DNA of 64,000 nucleotides from positions 2,216,494 through 2,280,493 of the forward strand of contig JAHRHZ010000099.1 in NCBI GenBank assembly GCA_024137785.1, written 5' to 3'. Both the position numbers and the translations under genes were made by a program. The DNA is from Ginglymostoma cirratum. Its lineage: Eukaryota. Numbering within the stretch: position 1 is the first letter of the stretch; each line of letters starts with the position of its first letter. Under the pieces are notes generated by a model. That model worked only from the letters and a program-made list of their open reading frames with translations. It made no database searches and had not been told where the DNA came from. Of the stretch, positions 26,071 through 37,730 are shown piece after piece.

Positions 26071-26902
26071 ATGACCCCCACTCTGCCGTCACCTATTGTC
26101 TTTTCTCCTTAATATACCTTGTAGAATCTCTTTGGATTTTCCTAAATCCTACGTGCCAAAGCTACCTCACATCCCCTTTCTGCCCCAAGGCATCGCCTTT
26201 GTGCCGCCATGATCTGTCTTTCTGTTGCATATTTTACATACTGAACCTAGCAAGCCATTTGTGCGGACATCAAGTCAATCCACGCGGGCCATCATCTTTT
26301 TCTCGATAATCCATTAAGTTTCAATATTTCACATGTGCAAACAGTAAATTGCATGTCTTGGTAGGGACGGTGCACGTTGCTAAAGGAAAAGTAAGTGGAA
26401 CATAAATAGTTTCTTGGTGACACCATTGAGACACTCGTCGATTTGCGGGATTGAGCTGACGGTAATCGAGTCAAAAATCTGGGAATGGGTGAGAATTAAT
26501 GTGATTGGTGCTACGCTTGTGGTGCCGTAGAGCAGTGGAATTTGGAAATTACAGCATACAGAAACTCAAGCTGTGTTGGATAACTTTACAGCTGGGTCTT
26601 TGGTGAAACTGACGCTGGAAATTTCATAATAAGATCTTACAACATGTTTTGTGTTTCTGTTGTCTCTGCAGTATTGTTCCCACGTCATTCGTCACTGAAG
26701 ACAATTGAAGGGTCTAGAAGCAGTGAACACTATTAGACTGTCGATCATTCCAAAATAATGATGAAAGGGCGTCGACCTAAAACGTTAACTTGGTTTTGGT
26801 CATCATTGCCTAAGTATTCCTCGTATGGATCATCTACTTTAGCACCCGGAGCAAGCAATAGGCTGTGTTTAGAGAGTAGGTAGAACGAACCTGAATTCAC
26901 GG

Positions 26903-27118
26903 CATAAGAAGAAGCTGGAAATCAGAAACAAGAACAGAAGTTGCTGGAAAAAAAACTCAGCAAGTCTGGCAGCATCTGCGGAGATAAATCAGAGTTAACG
27001 TTTCGAGTCCGTCAAAGTTCTGAGGAAGGGTCCCTTGGACATGAAACGTTAAATCTGATTTCTCTCCACAGACGCTGCCCGACCTGATGAGGTTTTCCAG
27101 CAATTTCTGATTTTGTTT
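26903..27118. mobile_element. Palindromic Penelope-terminus insertion (family B)
   Basis: Inverted arms. 12-bp TSD CTGAATTCACGG at 26891-26902 and 27119-27130. CTGAGGA...GAAACGTT core at ~27020-27050 with a damaged stem II. Confidence 0.85.
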
Positions 27119-27345
27119 CTGAATTCACGGTATTCCAAGTATTTCACGTGCTCTTGGATTATTCAAGCCTTTGGGCAGAGACCAAACTAGAAAGTGCAAA
27201 TCTTAACGAAGAAAACATGAGAACTCAAATTACACTGGTGTAATGGAACTTGATGCGTCCCCTGGCTCATGTCACATCCTGTTGAGAAGCCTAATACTAT
27301 GTCCAATGTAACTAGGACAACATAAATCTGGAAGTATTTTTTGGC

Positions 27346-27830
27346 AATCTTCTCCATGTACGATCTTTATTTCGTTGATGTACACGCATTTAGCTGGTTA
27401 ATTCAATCTACATCTTGCGGCTAGTATCTGATATACATTCTCTTGTGGAAATGTGATGAAGCAATTACAAGAGAGAACAGCTTATTGGAAAATGGTTATT
27501 ATTCTGCCCGGAATTCATCACCACAGTGTCAGCGAGCAGTGGTAATCTTTCCTCCGCTCTCGCAAAAGTAGAGGGTAAATGTAGTTAAGTCAAATTTGTT
27601 CAAAAGGTCTCGGCTGAAGACTTTCGCTATATTTAACACTGCAGACAAGGTAAGTGGGTACGAAATTTACAGCGCGCAAGCTGCGGGGAACCATGTCAGA
27701 CCAATCTGACTGATGCCCAACTGTGAAGCTGTCGAGGAGTAAATGAATGGAGCAAGGTTATGCAATGGTATTGAATTAGCTTATGTGAATTATTCATTCA
27801 AATTCTACTCTAATTACATGGGGGGTCGGG
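27346..27830. repeat. Segmental duplicate of 1-520 (downstream flank of the lambda cluster unit)
   Basis: Colinear matches such as GAAGCAATTACAAGAGAGAACAGCTTA (111 vs ~27457), CGGCTGAAG, and AAGCT..GGGGAACCA. Confidence 0.85.
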
Positions 27831-27837
27831 GAGGGTG

Positions 27838-27963
27838 CTGACACTGCCATCTACCGCACACTCAATATCCACTACTCCCGTGTTAAACCGCTCACCATCG
27901 CACCAGGAACGGTGATTTGAACGGATGAAGCCGGAAGGAAGGAAACCAAAGGGACCCGCGGTT
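27838..27963 (-). pseudogene. Relic 5' half of a lambda C exon
   Basis: Aligns by eye to 11744-11885. It keeps the TTTTTCAG acceptor and reads PRVPLVSFLPASSVQIT, then a deletion/frameshift, then GVVDIECAVDGSV. The 3' half of the exon is missing. Confidence 0.85.
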
Positions 27964-29152
27964 CTGAAAAACGGGAATCAGTCGAAGAATTTTCAATTAT
28001 CAATTAGCGCATATGTCGGAATCCTTGTTTCACATTTTTCAAATATTTGAAAATTATATATCGCTCTAGGAAAGGTTTGAGAAATTTAGTTGGACAGAGC
28101 CACACTGGGGTCAACTTTGCCACCATTGCGGCTTCCGGTACAAAAAAAAAGCGATGACCTGAAAGGGTGCTCCGACTTTCTACCTGCTGAGGCACACATT
28201 CATATTCTGAAGAGGAAACTGAAGTGTGGTAAATAGCCCAAATATTTGAAAGAAAGTTAGCAAGTAATAACTTAGAATTTAGTATAAATTAATGCCGACA
28301 GGAAAATAAGCTTCAATATTTAAGTCAAAAATGCTTCACGGCAGTGTTACAAATTGGCCAAACAGTTGCATTTCTGCATAACGCATTTTACTACTTTGTT
28401 CGCCTCCACGAAACTTCTCTCAGTGTTCCCAAACATGCTTCACTGCAATTTATGGTGTAAACCGTGAAAACACTGTTCTACCATATTCAAAATACACTAT
28501 TTGGGAACGTGATTTGGATCACAATATCACACCTTGTAACTAAACAGAAACCCTGTAACCAGCTACATCTCTATTGTGCAATCGTATCATAATGAGGGGG
28601 GGGGGCCCCAAAATCCTGCAATGGAAACCACCTGACAAATATTCATCCCTCACCCAAAATCGCTTTAGACAGCTTAAGTGGTCATTCGTATTTGTGGAGC
28701 CTTGCTAAGGGAGAAACTCGAACCTCCGTCGCTAAGGTGGCTTTCCTTCCAAAAAGGGTGCACTGAACCAACTGTGAAGTGCGCCCAGATGTCCCGAGGT
28801 CGTGGTCGGCGCCACACTAGTGTAAGTTCGTTCCTATTTCTCTATTTTGACAAACAAACGCTCCCATGATAGTAACCACGAAATATCACAGAGTGGAACA
28901 GGATGTTTTGAGACCGAACTGTCAGAGTTTCATGTCGCTGCCTCATGCTTTAGAATCTTCTGCTGAGAAAGCCAATCACTTGGTAGACTTGATAACTTGT
29001 TGTAAAGCAGTGATTAAAATATGAAAAGATTATATTTTTGCGGGAATAAAATTAATGAGTAACCCCGCTGCAAATTGTTTGTGACATTGGTGTGCACTGC
29101 CAGCTGTTCCAGAGCGCCCCCTAGCAGTTCAATAAAGTAGTGGCGTTCTGAT

Positions 29153-29248
29153 GATAACAAGGTGTGGAGCTGGACGAACACAGCAGGCCAAGCAGCATCA
29201 TAGGAGCCGGAGAGCTTAACGTTTCGGGCCTAGACCCTTCTTCAGAAA
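29153..29248 (-). mobile_element. Penelope terminus (family A) with intact hammerhead core
   Basis: TTT-CTGAAGA-AGGGTCTAGGCCC-GAAACGTT-AAG. Absent at the paralogous position ~13715. Confidence 0.82.
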
Positions 29249-29616
29249 ATGAGGATTCCGCCTGGGAACCAATAAAGTTTACCTGACATTTAATTTGGAG
29301 AGGCAATGTCCTAGTATTCTGACAAGTATCTGAAACCCCTGACAGCAGATCTAACCGTAGCTTAGTTGAACATTATGAGAACAGAATGACTGAAATCTCC
29401 TGAGATAATCAACCAGGTTTTGCCTTCATTTTATATCATTCTCCAAACGAAAGAATGTTGCAGTGAAGTTTGTAGCGGCGTTTGTAATGTCAGGCGTTTG
29501 TATTATTGGATAAACAGTTGAAACTTTCTTTTTGTTCGTCATCTCATCTTGGCCTATTTCACGTTATGTTATTGAAAGGACAAGTCGTAATAACAATGAC
29601 GAAAACATTCTCTGTA

Positions 29617-29805
29617 ACAAAAACGGAAATTACTGGGAATGTCAGTTGGTTTTGTGATCCAAAGCCTGTGTTCTGAAGAAGGGTCACTGGACTTGAAACG
29701 TTAACTCTGATTTCTCTCCCAGATGCTGTCATACCTGTTGAGTTTTTCTTCCGACAATTTCTGTTTCTGATTCTGATGTCCAGTATCCGCAGTTCTTTCC
29801 TTTTT
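29617..29805. mobile_element. Palindromic Penelope-terminus insertion (family B)
   Basis: Short inverted arm, then GTT-CTGAAGA-AGGGTCACTGGACTT-GAAACGTT-AAC (29670-29705) and a full 3' tail. Confidence 0.75.
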
Positions 29806-30589
29806 AATTCATGTATCTTCTCTAATATTACTGCTCTTACTCTGAACGCAGAACCTGCAATCGTACAACTGAGGGGACATACAATGTGTGTCAGAGGTCT
29901 TTGTAGGTCAGCGGTAGTGTCTCTGCATCTCGGCCACTAGTTTCCGGTTTCAAGTGCTACCTGCACACATTTGGTGTGTCCGAACAGGCTAATGAAATAT
30001 AATTCCAAAATATACGACCACATGATCACCGTTGGTGGGGATCTCACAGTACCGTTCATCGAATGGGTAGGCAAGACACACCAGTAAAACAAAAAGACCT
30101 TGTACCAATCAATGTTTTGTTTTCGTTCGGCTAACTATCATTCCCACAAACCGATTCCTGATAGGTTGACTCTAGCCCGCGAGGGTTATTGCAAAATATG
30201 GGAGTGAGGTTCTTTCACTGGATTTGGAGGTGAGACTGAATTGCAGCAAATTTTTCCACGATCTATCCTAATCGACGATCGAAGTGGATTGGAGTATTTA
30301 AATGTTTGTTTCAGCCGTTTGAACAGGGCTATCGGAGGCCTGGATATGTCAGCCTTTAAACCCAGTGGGCAAAGAATTCTAGTGCACAGAAGAAGTTGTC
30401 TTTTTCCCTCTTTTCTCTTTTAAACCCTTGATTCTGTTTGCTCTATTCTTACAGGTAAGACACTGTAGTCCGAGCCCTAAGTGAGTAAAAAGTACATCCC
30501 ATCCTATCTTTTTTATTCCTCTCCCAATGAAATGTAGCTAATCTCCTTGGACTGGCGGTTTCCGTTTACTAAAATATGTCGGCTTCCCG

Positions 30590-33030
30590 CTCCTGGCGAG
30601 AGCTGATGATGAGGGAATGTGTCACGGACCTGCATTCAGGCAACGCACACGTGAATGAATGAACAGCGGAGGTGCGAGTGGATTGAAAAGTAGCAAGTGC
30701 GACAGGGCTGGTCAGGGGAGTGTGTAAGGGAATTCCTGGTATATCTTGGTCGGCGAGTTTAATTCCAGTAGTTGGTAAGCTTCAGAAATGATAATCGTGA
30801 TCTGAAATATTTGTTAAAATAGACAGATTTGAGTTAAGTAAAATGATTAGCATGGAGCTGTAAATTCACATTTCCTAGTGAAGAGGCATAGCAGGATCAT
30901 AATGATAATGCTGTGGGTGTTATCTATTCAAATGTGCAGAGGGCCTTTCACAAATTATCACAAAAAAAAAGGCGGGATGACAGCATTGAGACTCATGGAA
31001 TATGTGAGTTACTGTCGGCTTGGATATTAAAAATGCTTTAAGGACAGCAAAAAGACAGTTGAGGGTTTTCAGGCTGGAGAATAGAAAACAATATCGATCC
31101 CGAAATATCAGTGCCAGCGCCAATTGATACACAGAAGTCACGTGTGCATTAGTATACAGGGTAAAATTTCAGCACTCTCGATGATAAAAAAAATCAGAGG
31201 CGTGCCAAACTGCGACGTTGAGACCAATCAAGACATACATAAGCGTAGAGCACGGACGTGCAAATGGTCGGTGGAATTCAAAACAGTGTAGTGGTTTGAG
31301 TATTTTGGCAGGATGGTTTGAGAAAAGCAACATTTCTAAAGTTCAAAAGATTGTGCAACGACAAAGGAACGTTGGTGGGGGGTATCAGGTGAATTGATTT
31401 TTGAAGATTGCAGGGCGGACTGACAAGTTGAAGTTCTGCTTTTTTTTTAAGTTGTCTTATGGGATGTGGACGTCAATGGCAATGTCGGCTTTTAGTGCCC
31501 ATTCCCAGACAAACAGACGGAATGTTGGGTTTTATAGGTAGAGGTATCAAGCTCAAAAACTGGGAAGAGTTGCCATTTGTACAGGGAAATGTACAGGATA
31601 ATGGCAAGTTTAGATAAAGTAAACAAATGAAGACTGTTGCCATGAATTAACGGTTCAAAAAGTAGAGGACACAACTTTAGGCATTGTGGCAAGATCGAAA
31701 GCGAAGATGCGATTAAAAGGGTTTTTCTATTGGCAAGCCATCACGCTCCTGGGGGCGTGGGAATGGGGACAGTCAATTCCTTCACAGGAATTTAGCTACG
31801 CACCAGCGAGACAGAAATTTGCAGGACAAAGGTGATAGGATGGGGGAATGTGACCATCTGGATTCTTCTTATAGAGTCCAGGATGAGCTCAATGGAATGT
31901 GAATTGACTGTTTCCAAGTCATACTATTTCTGTGACCCACAATACTTCAGTTATGCGAATATACATGTCTACGAACAATTGAAAGAAGTAACATTTCCAT
32001 AGACCAACTGAAAAACATGGAAAAGAGAAAGAACATAAGATTCCATCTATGATGACCTGAACGGGCATTTCTGCAGAGAGTTCTGTGGACTGTAAATGTG
32101 TGCAGCTCATTTAACCGTAATTAGTTTCATCAGTTGTTCCAACTAAAGAAAAACCAGTAGCAAAGATATAAATCTAAACAAGATAATGTGGCTTTTACCT
32201 TTTCTGAGTTATTATTGAATGCTCCTTCACCATCTGTATGCAGTATATCTGCGATAATTTAAAAAGAACTCGCTCCTTATTTTGCTTCCTCCTACATCTG
32301 TAGTTTGTCATTTCGCAGATTATCTTAAACGTGATTTGTTGAGCTTTCTGATGCTCAGACTACTGCGTGCCAAGATTATTTCAGTCAGGCTTTTAAAGAC
32401 AAATATGCAACTACTGATATCAGTGAGATGGGACCCTCGGCTATTCACTGTTTCTTCTTGGCAGGAACCCGAAGACAGCGAAACATAGAGTGAGCAAACG
32501 CGGGAGAGAACAGGAGCACGACAGAACGGGAACACGGGGAGAAATACAGCGGCGGTAGCTGGTCCAAGACAAATAAGCAACAGGGGAAGGTGCATTTAAA
32601 AAGAATGAAACATCTAAGGTCCTGTGTGAATAACTACGATTAATTTAAAGACAAATGTCTTTAGATGTTAATATTTTGATTGAAATGTGCTTTGTTTAAC
32701 GGTCGAACTGTTCCGACTCGAAATTTCTGTTGAGAGAGGGCGAGCTATTCGCTGTGGAACATTGCCCTCTGGTGGTGCAGTGAAGTAAGACGCAGGGTGA
32801 AAGAGGCGCCTTCGATAAATTCTCATCTGTACGTTCAGATGTGATATTACGCACCTTTGGACCAGGTGGAACTCGAATCCAGGCCTCCTGACTGAGAGAT
32901 AGTGATACCATCACTGCTCCACAAGAACGTTACGGCTGCCTTAGACAAACCTATTCGAATTCAGTTTCCTGGTGTTGCTTTCAAACTGTCCGTCAGGTGT
33001 TTGCATGTCAGTAAATTTTAGAAAAAATGT
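30590..33030. repeat. Segmental duplicate of the gene 1 upstream region (~19040-22830)
   Basis: Colinear anchors: AATGTGTCAC..TTCAGGCA..TGAATGAATG..GATTGAAAAGTAGCA (19073/30616), TTATTGAA.GCTCCTTCACCAT (22041/32212), TCTGATG.TCAGA.TACTGCGT. Confidence 0.8.
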
Positions 33031-33039
33031 GCGCCGTCA

Positions 33040-34170
33040 AGGTTTCAATGTACAAATCTCTAGAAAAGGGAGTAAAGAATGTACTCGATGCTCCCCCTCA
33101 TCCTAATGGCCACCTTTGTTTCTGGCTGCATCAAGTGGTGCATAAACCCTCCGTAGGCAAACACCAAGTGTCGCAATATACTGAGGTTCTACCTGTCCCT
33201 GGTGTTACGAAGGATGGGCCTGGCCTCTTCACTGTGGAACTCTCCAAGTAGTTGCACGGTTCGGTATCACCTGGCCTTTCTGGAGAAATTTGCAAAGAAA
33301 AACACCCTTGACCACAAATCCGTCAGGAAATGGTCAGCACGTACTGGCCTTGAGACCCTCCGGGAAAAGGAGAGAGTGGATCATTTTGGGTGATTCCCCG
33401 AGCAGGCTGTTAAAGTTATTTGGCAGAATGCCTCATCACCAGAACTTTCCAGTAAGCACCAAGACATCACTTGGCTGGCTTTGAGAAGGGCACTACCTGT
33501 TCAATCTCTCAAGTATCCCCGTTCTCTCTGTGACACTGCCAGCTGCCTTTGAAGCTGCTGCGGGGAAGGGGTGGGTACAGAATGTCGTGCATCTCCCACT
33601 AGAATATTCCTCTGCAAAGAAGATATGGAGAGAGATGCAGTGATTTTTATTGAGGTTCGTCCTGAGCAGCTCTGTCATGAAGGACTCTGTGCTTTATGGG
33701 CTATCTTCAGGAAGCACATCGAGACAACCATTGATTGCACCTGGAAAACCATCAACTCAGTGAATGATGCTCTTTGGTCTGACCAAAATTTGTTGGTTTT
33801 CCAACAAGTTGATCTTGACAGAGTAGTGCAGATTGGCACATTCCAAGGCCCAGGACTGCGTGCTGAGGGATGCACTGAAACTTGGAGTAGCGGCCACCAA
33901 GGCACAGTGGGGAAAGTCCATTGTTTGAGGGTTATTGGCCAAAGTAAAATGGGGGTATATTCAGTTATTGGACTTTCTCGGTACCTCTAATATATGTAAA
34001 TAGCATATTGCATATGTAAGAAATCTCTTAGGTTGTTTGTTGGAATTCTTGAGAAAGTCACAATCCAACATCTATTTGTTCCCAATTGCAAAGACTGTAC
34101 AGTATCAAAAGGTTGGAGTGACTATGTGTGTATATAAAGATTTTAATATGAATAAAGCATATTTTTGAAA
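33040..34170 (+). mobile_element. L1/Tx1-like LINE 3' fragment
   Basis: WKTINSVNDALWSDQNLLVFQ C-terminal motif. AT-rich 3' UTR ending AATAAAGCATATTTTTGAAA. Confidence 0.6.
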
Positions 34171-34179
34171 TATGAAGAA

Positions 34180-34760
34180 GATTGACCAAAATTGAAATAC
34201 TGTATAAATACAATGGGTACAAGAGCAGATTAGAGGCGAAGCGTACTCAGTGAGTAACTCACCCCCTGACTCCCCAAAGCTCGTCCACAAGGAACAGGTA
34301 GGAGTGTGATGGAATACTCCCCACTAGCCTGGAAGAGTGCAGCTCCAATGATGTACTTGACACCTTGCAGGACAAAGGGTGTCTACATGATTGGCACTAC
34401 ACCCTCTCCCTCTACCACCTATGCTCAGTTGCAGCATTGTGTGGCATCTGCTAGATGCACTGCAGAAATTCACCAAGCCTGTTTAGACAGCACCTTCCAA
34501 GCCCATGAGCACTTCCACCAAAATAACAAAAACAAGGACCACAGATACATGGGAACAGCATCACCTGCAGCTTCCTTCCCAAGTCACTCACCATCCTGAC
34601 TGATAAACATATTACTGCTCCTTCATCGTGTCCGGATCAAAATCATGAAACTTCATCTCTCATAGTATTGTGAGTCTGCCACAAAGGCACATGGAATCCA
34701 GCTGCTAAAAAGAATGCAGTTCACCACCACATTCTCAAAGAGCAACCGCGGCCAGGCAAT
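34180..34760 (+). mobile_element. CR1/L2-clade LINE 3' end
   Basis: MEYSPLAW motif and a 3' end CACCACCACATTCTCAA...GGCAATAAA. Same family as 23330-25500. Confidence 0.65.
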
Positions 34761-34761
34761 A

Positions 34762-34990
34762 AAACAAGCACAGAGAGCTAAGGATGCTGGAAATCTTAAA
34801 CGGAAACAGAAAGTGCTGGAGACATACAGCAGGTCCAGCAGCAACTGTGGTGAGAAAATAGAGTCAGCATCTCAAGTCCACTGACCTTTCATCAGCCAAA
34901 GGGTTCTTCTAATCTTAAATATTAACTCTGTTTTCTGTCCACAGATGCTGCCAGACACATTATAGTTATCCAGCACCTTCTACATTTAGT
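34762..34990. mobile_element. Older palindromic Penelope-terminus insertion (family B)
   Basis: GATGCTGGAAATC..AACAGAAAGTGCTGGAG arm opposed to a TTAACTCTGTTTTCTGTCCACAGATGCTGCCAGAC arm. Confidence 0.7.
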
Positions 34991-35846
34991 TATATATCCA
35001 GCTCATCTCATAAAAAAGGATAGCATCTCATCATCCTTCCTGATAATATGCTGTGCATGCACTCTAATATTTTGTGATTCATGCATGAGAACAGGCTAAA
35101 GGAGAAAGAGTAGCATTTATGCTAATGATGGGTTTGGTGTGGTTGACAATTCAGGACATGGGAATGGAGTGCACGCGCTCAGAATAGGGGGTTCAGGCAA
35201 ACAAAGATATAGCTAAGGATAAGCTGAGAGTGCATTAAGTGCTCAGGATGGCACTACAAGAAAAGCAGATAGTTGAAAATGGGTTTGCTGTGCAGGGAGC
35301 AGCCCATACAACACAAGACCTAGAAGTGGGTGAAGAATTGCCTGTGTTGGACTTATTTTTACAACCTTTTTGACCACTTCTGATTCTTCAGCCATTGGAT
35401 ACCAAGGGAGACTGATATGACCAGAGCTTCTCATTTCCCTCATTATCCTTCGATGTATCGTTACCTGTCGAGTGCAAAATCAACCTTTATGATTTTGCCT
35501 GTCCAATTCCTCCTATTTATTGATTCTGAACCCTTTTAAGTGTCTGATTGATCTTCTCTTTAACCATTATCTTCTTCTTTTGTAAATAAATGTGAATGCC
35601 TCAGCTATGCTCCATGCCTCTAGGTGTAAATCCTGTTACTTGCCCTTCACGTATGCCACACCTCCTTTTACTGAACTTTGTGAGGCCTTGGGTGTTTTTT
35701 TCTAAGTTGCAACAATAGAAGCAGCCTGAAATGGCGGGGTCAAGCTCCCAGAGAACCAAGTTTTTTTTTAGTTTTAGCCTTCAGTAGCAGTTGCTGGGAT
35801 CTTGAAGCTGGGTTTGGAAGTGGCACTATATCTCTCCCTGCTGCTG

Positions 35847-35882
<36 letters not shown>

Positions 35883-35890
35883 GTCTCTCT
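35847..35890 (+). repeat. (CT)n microsatellite inside a possible solo LTR (~35680-36278)
   Basis: The CT tract is directly visible. The LTR call is only a guess from composition and the ...CCATAAC end; no TSD was found. Confidence 0.6.
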
Positions 35891-36289
35891 CAGAGTTTTT
35901 TCATTCATGATTATCCTTCTGGACTGGAAAATTGCATATGAGACATTCTATTTTACTGAATTTGCCTTTGGTATGGCTGTGTTTATGGGATATTACTATA
36001 TTGGAGCATTTAATTACTGGGAGTTAACATATATACATATATTAATTTGTTCAGCATTTCGATAGAGTTACAGTTAAGCCAATTCTTTTATTTTTATTTT
36101 GCCCTGTATTTTAATTGTAGTGTATGAATTAAGTGTTATTTTCTTCACAACTGGTAGTTTGACCCACCAAATTGCATCCAAACGCAAAGCCTTTGGATTT
36201 GTATTTGAAATAAGAAAAAGTTAGGGTCTAGGTTTTTTTTGTCAATATATTTTGAGAGTACTTGGTCTGGTCCATAACTGCAGGAAACC

Positions 36290-37730
36290 AAGTGAGATAA
36301 AGGATTCTTTTTCAGGTTGGCAACCTGTAACGAGTGGATTTCCTCAGGGCTCAGTGCTAAGACAACATCTGTTACAATTCATTTTTATGACTTGAAGGAA
36401 GGAAGCAAATATACAATAGCTACATTTGCAGACAACACAAAAATAGTTGGAAATGCAATTTGCTAGAAGGCTACAAACAGTTCATAGAGAAATAGTGACA
36501 AGTTAAGCAATTGAGTAAAAAAGGGGAATGCAACAGCCTCGTGGTACTATTACTGCACTGTTAATCCAGAGGCTCTGATAATGTTCTGGAGACCCAGGTT
36601 CTAATGCTGCCATGGTGGACAGTGGATTTTGAATTCAATTTATTTTTCAAATCTCCATTTAAGAATCTAATGATGACCACGAACCCATTGTTGATTGTCA
36701 GGAAAACCCCATATAGTTCACTAATGTGCTTTAGGAAGGAAACTGCAGTCCTAACCTGGCCTGGCCTAGATGTGACTCCAGACCCCCAGCAATGTGGTTG
36801 ACTCTCAACTGCCTTCTGGGCAATTAGGGATAGTCAATATATGCTGCCTGGCCAGCATGATCTTCATCCTGTGAATCAATAAACAAATAAAAGCTAGCAA
36901 ATACAGTATGATGTGGGGAAATGTGAAGTTATTCATTTTGAAGGGAAAACAAAACAACAGAGAATTACTTAAATACAGAACTGCAGAAAACTGCAACACA
37001 AGGGATTGGGGTACTTATACACACCTCAAAAAAAGGTTTGCACATGAATGCAGCAGGTAATCCGGACGTCTGGCCTTTATTTCAAGGGGTTTGCAATATA
37101 AGAATCAGGGAATCTTACTGCAAATGTACAAGGTGATGGTGAGACCACACCTGGAGTACAATGAGCAGTTTTGGTTCGCTTATATAAGGAAATATATCAT
37201 TTCATTGGAGACAGTTCAGACGAGGTTTACTAGGATGCAGAAAGGTCACTGGACCTAAAATGTTAATTCTGCCTTCTCTCCAAAGATGCTATCAGCAATT
37301 TCTGTTCTTCAAACAAGGAAGATTCAGGGGTTGTCTTATGAGCAAATCCCTGAAACGATTCTTGAGGGCCTTTTGTTCTTTGTTTGTTCTTTGAAAAGGT
37401 AAATCTGAGCAGACGTTTCCCTTTAGGGGAGAATCTAAGACCACAGGACACAATCTCAGAAAAGAGGGGAGTCAATTTAAGATGACATGAGGAGGAATTT
37501 CTTCTCTCAGAGGGTTGTGAGTCTTTGGAACTGCTTCCCGTGGAATGCTGTAGGGGAAAGTTGTTGTCTATAAGCTTGAGGTAGATAGGTTCTTGATGAG
37601 CAGGTGAATCAAGAGTTCTGGGGTAATGCAGGAAAATGGACGTGATGAACGTCAAATCAGCCATGATCTGACTGACTGGCAGAGCATGCTCAGGGATCGA
37701 ACAGCCTACTCCTGATGCTATTCCTAATGA
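36290..37730 (+). mobile_element. CR1 LINE 3' part with nested SINE and Penelope fragment
   Basis: GFPQGSVL, FADNTKI, RPHLEY-like remnants and a CR1 3' UTR. SINE at 36530-36890, family B fragment at ~37240-37310. Confidence 0.75.

Larger units (their letters stand above)
27964..30587. repeat. Segmental duplicate of the gene 1 J-C intron (11886-~14605)
   Basis: Colinear anchors: AAATATTTGAAAATT, AGTTGCATTTCTG, GCCAATCACTTGGTA (13519/28971), TTGCCTTCATTTTATAT, TGAGGTTCTTTCACTGG, AAGAATTCTAGT. Confidence 0.85.
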
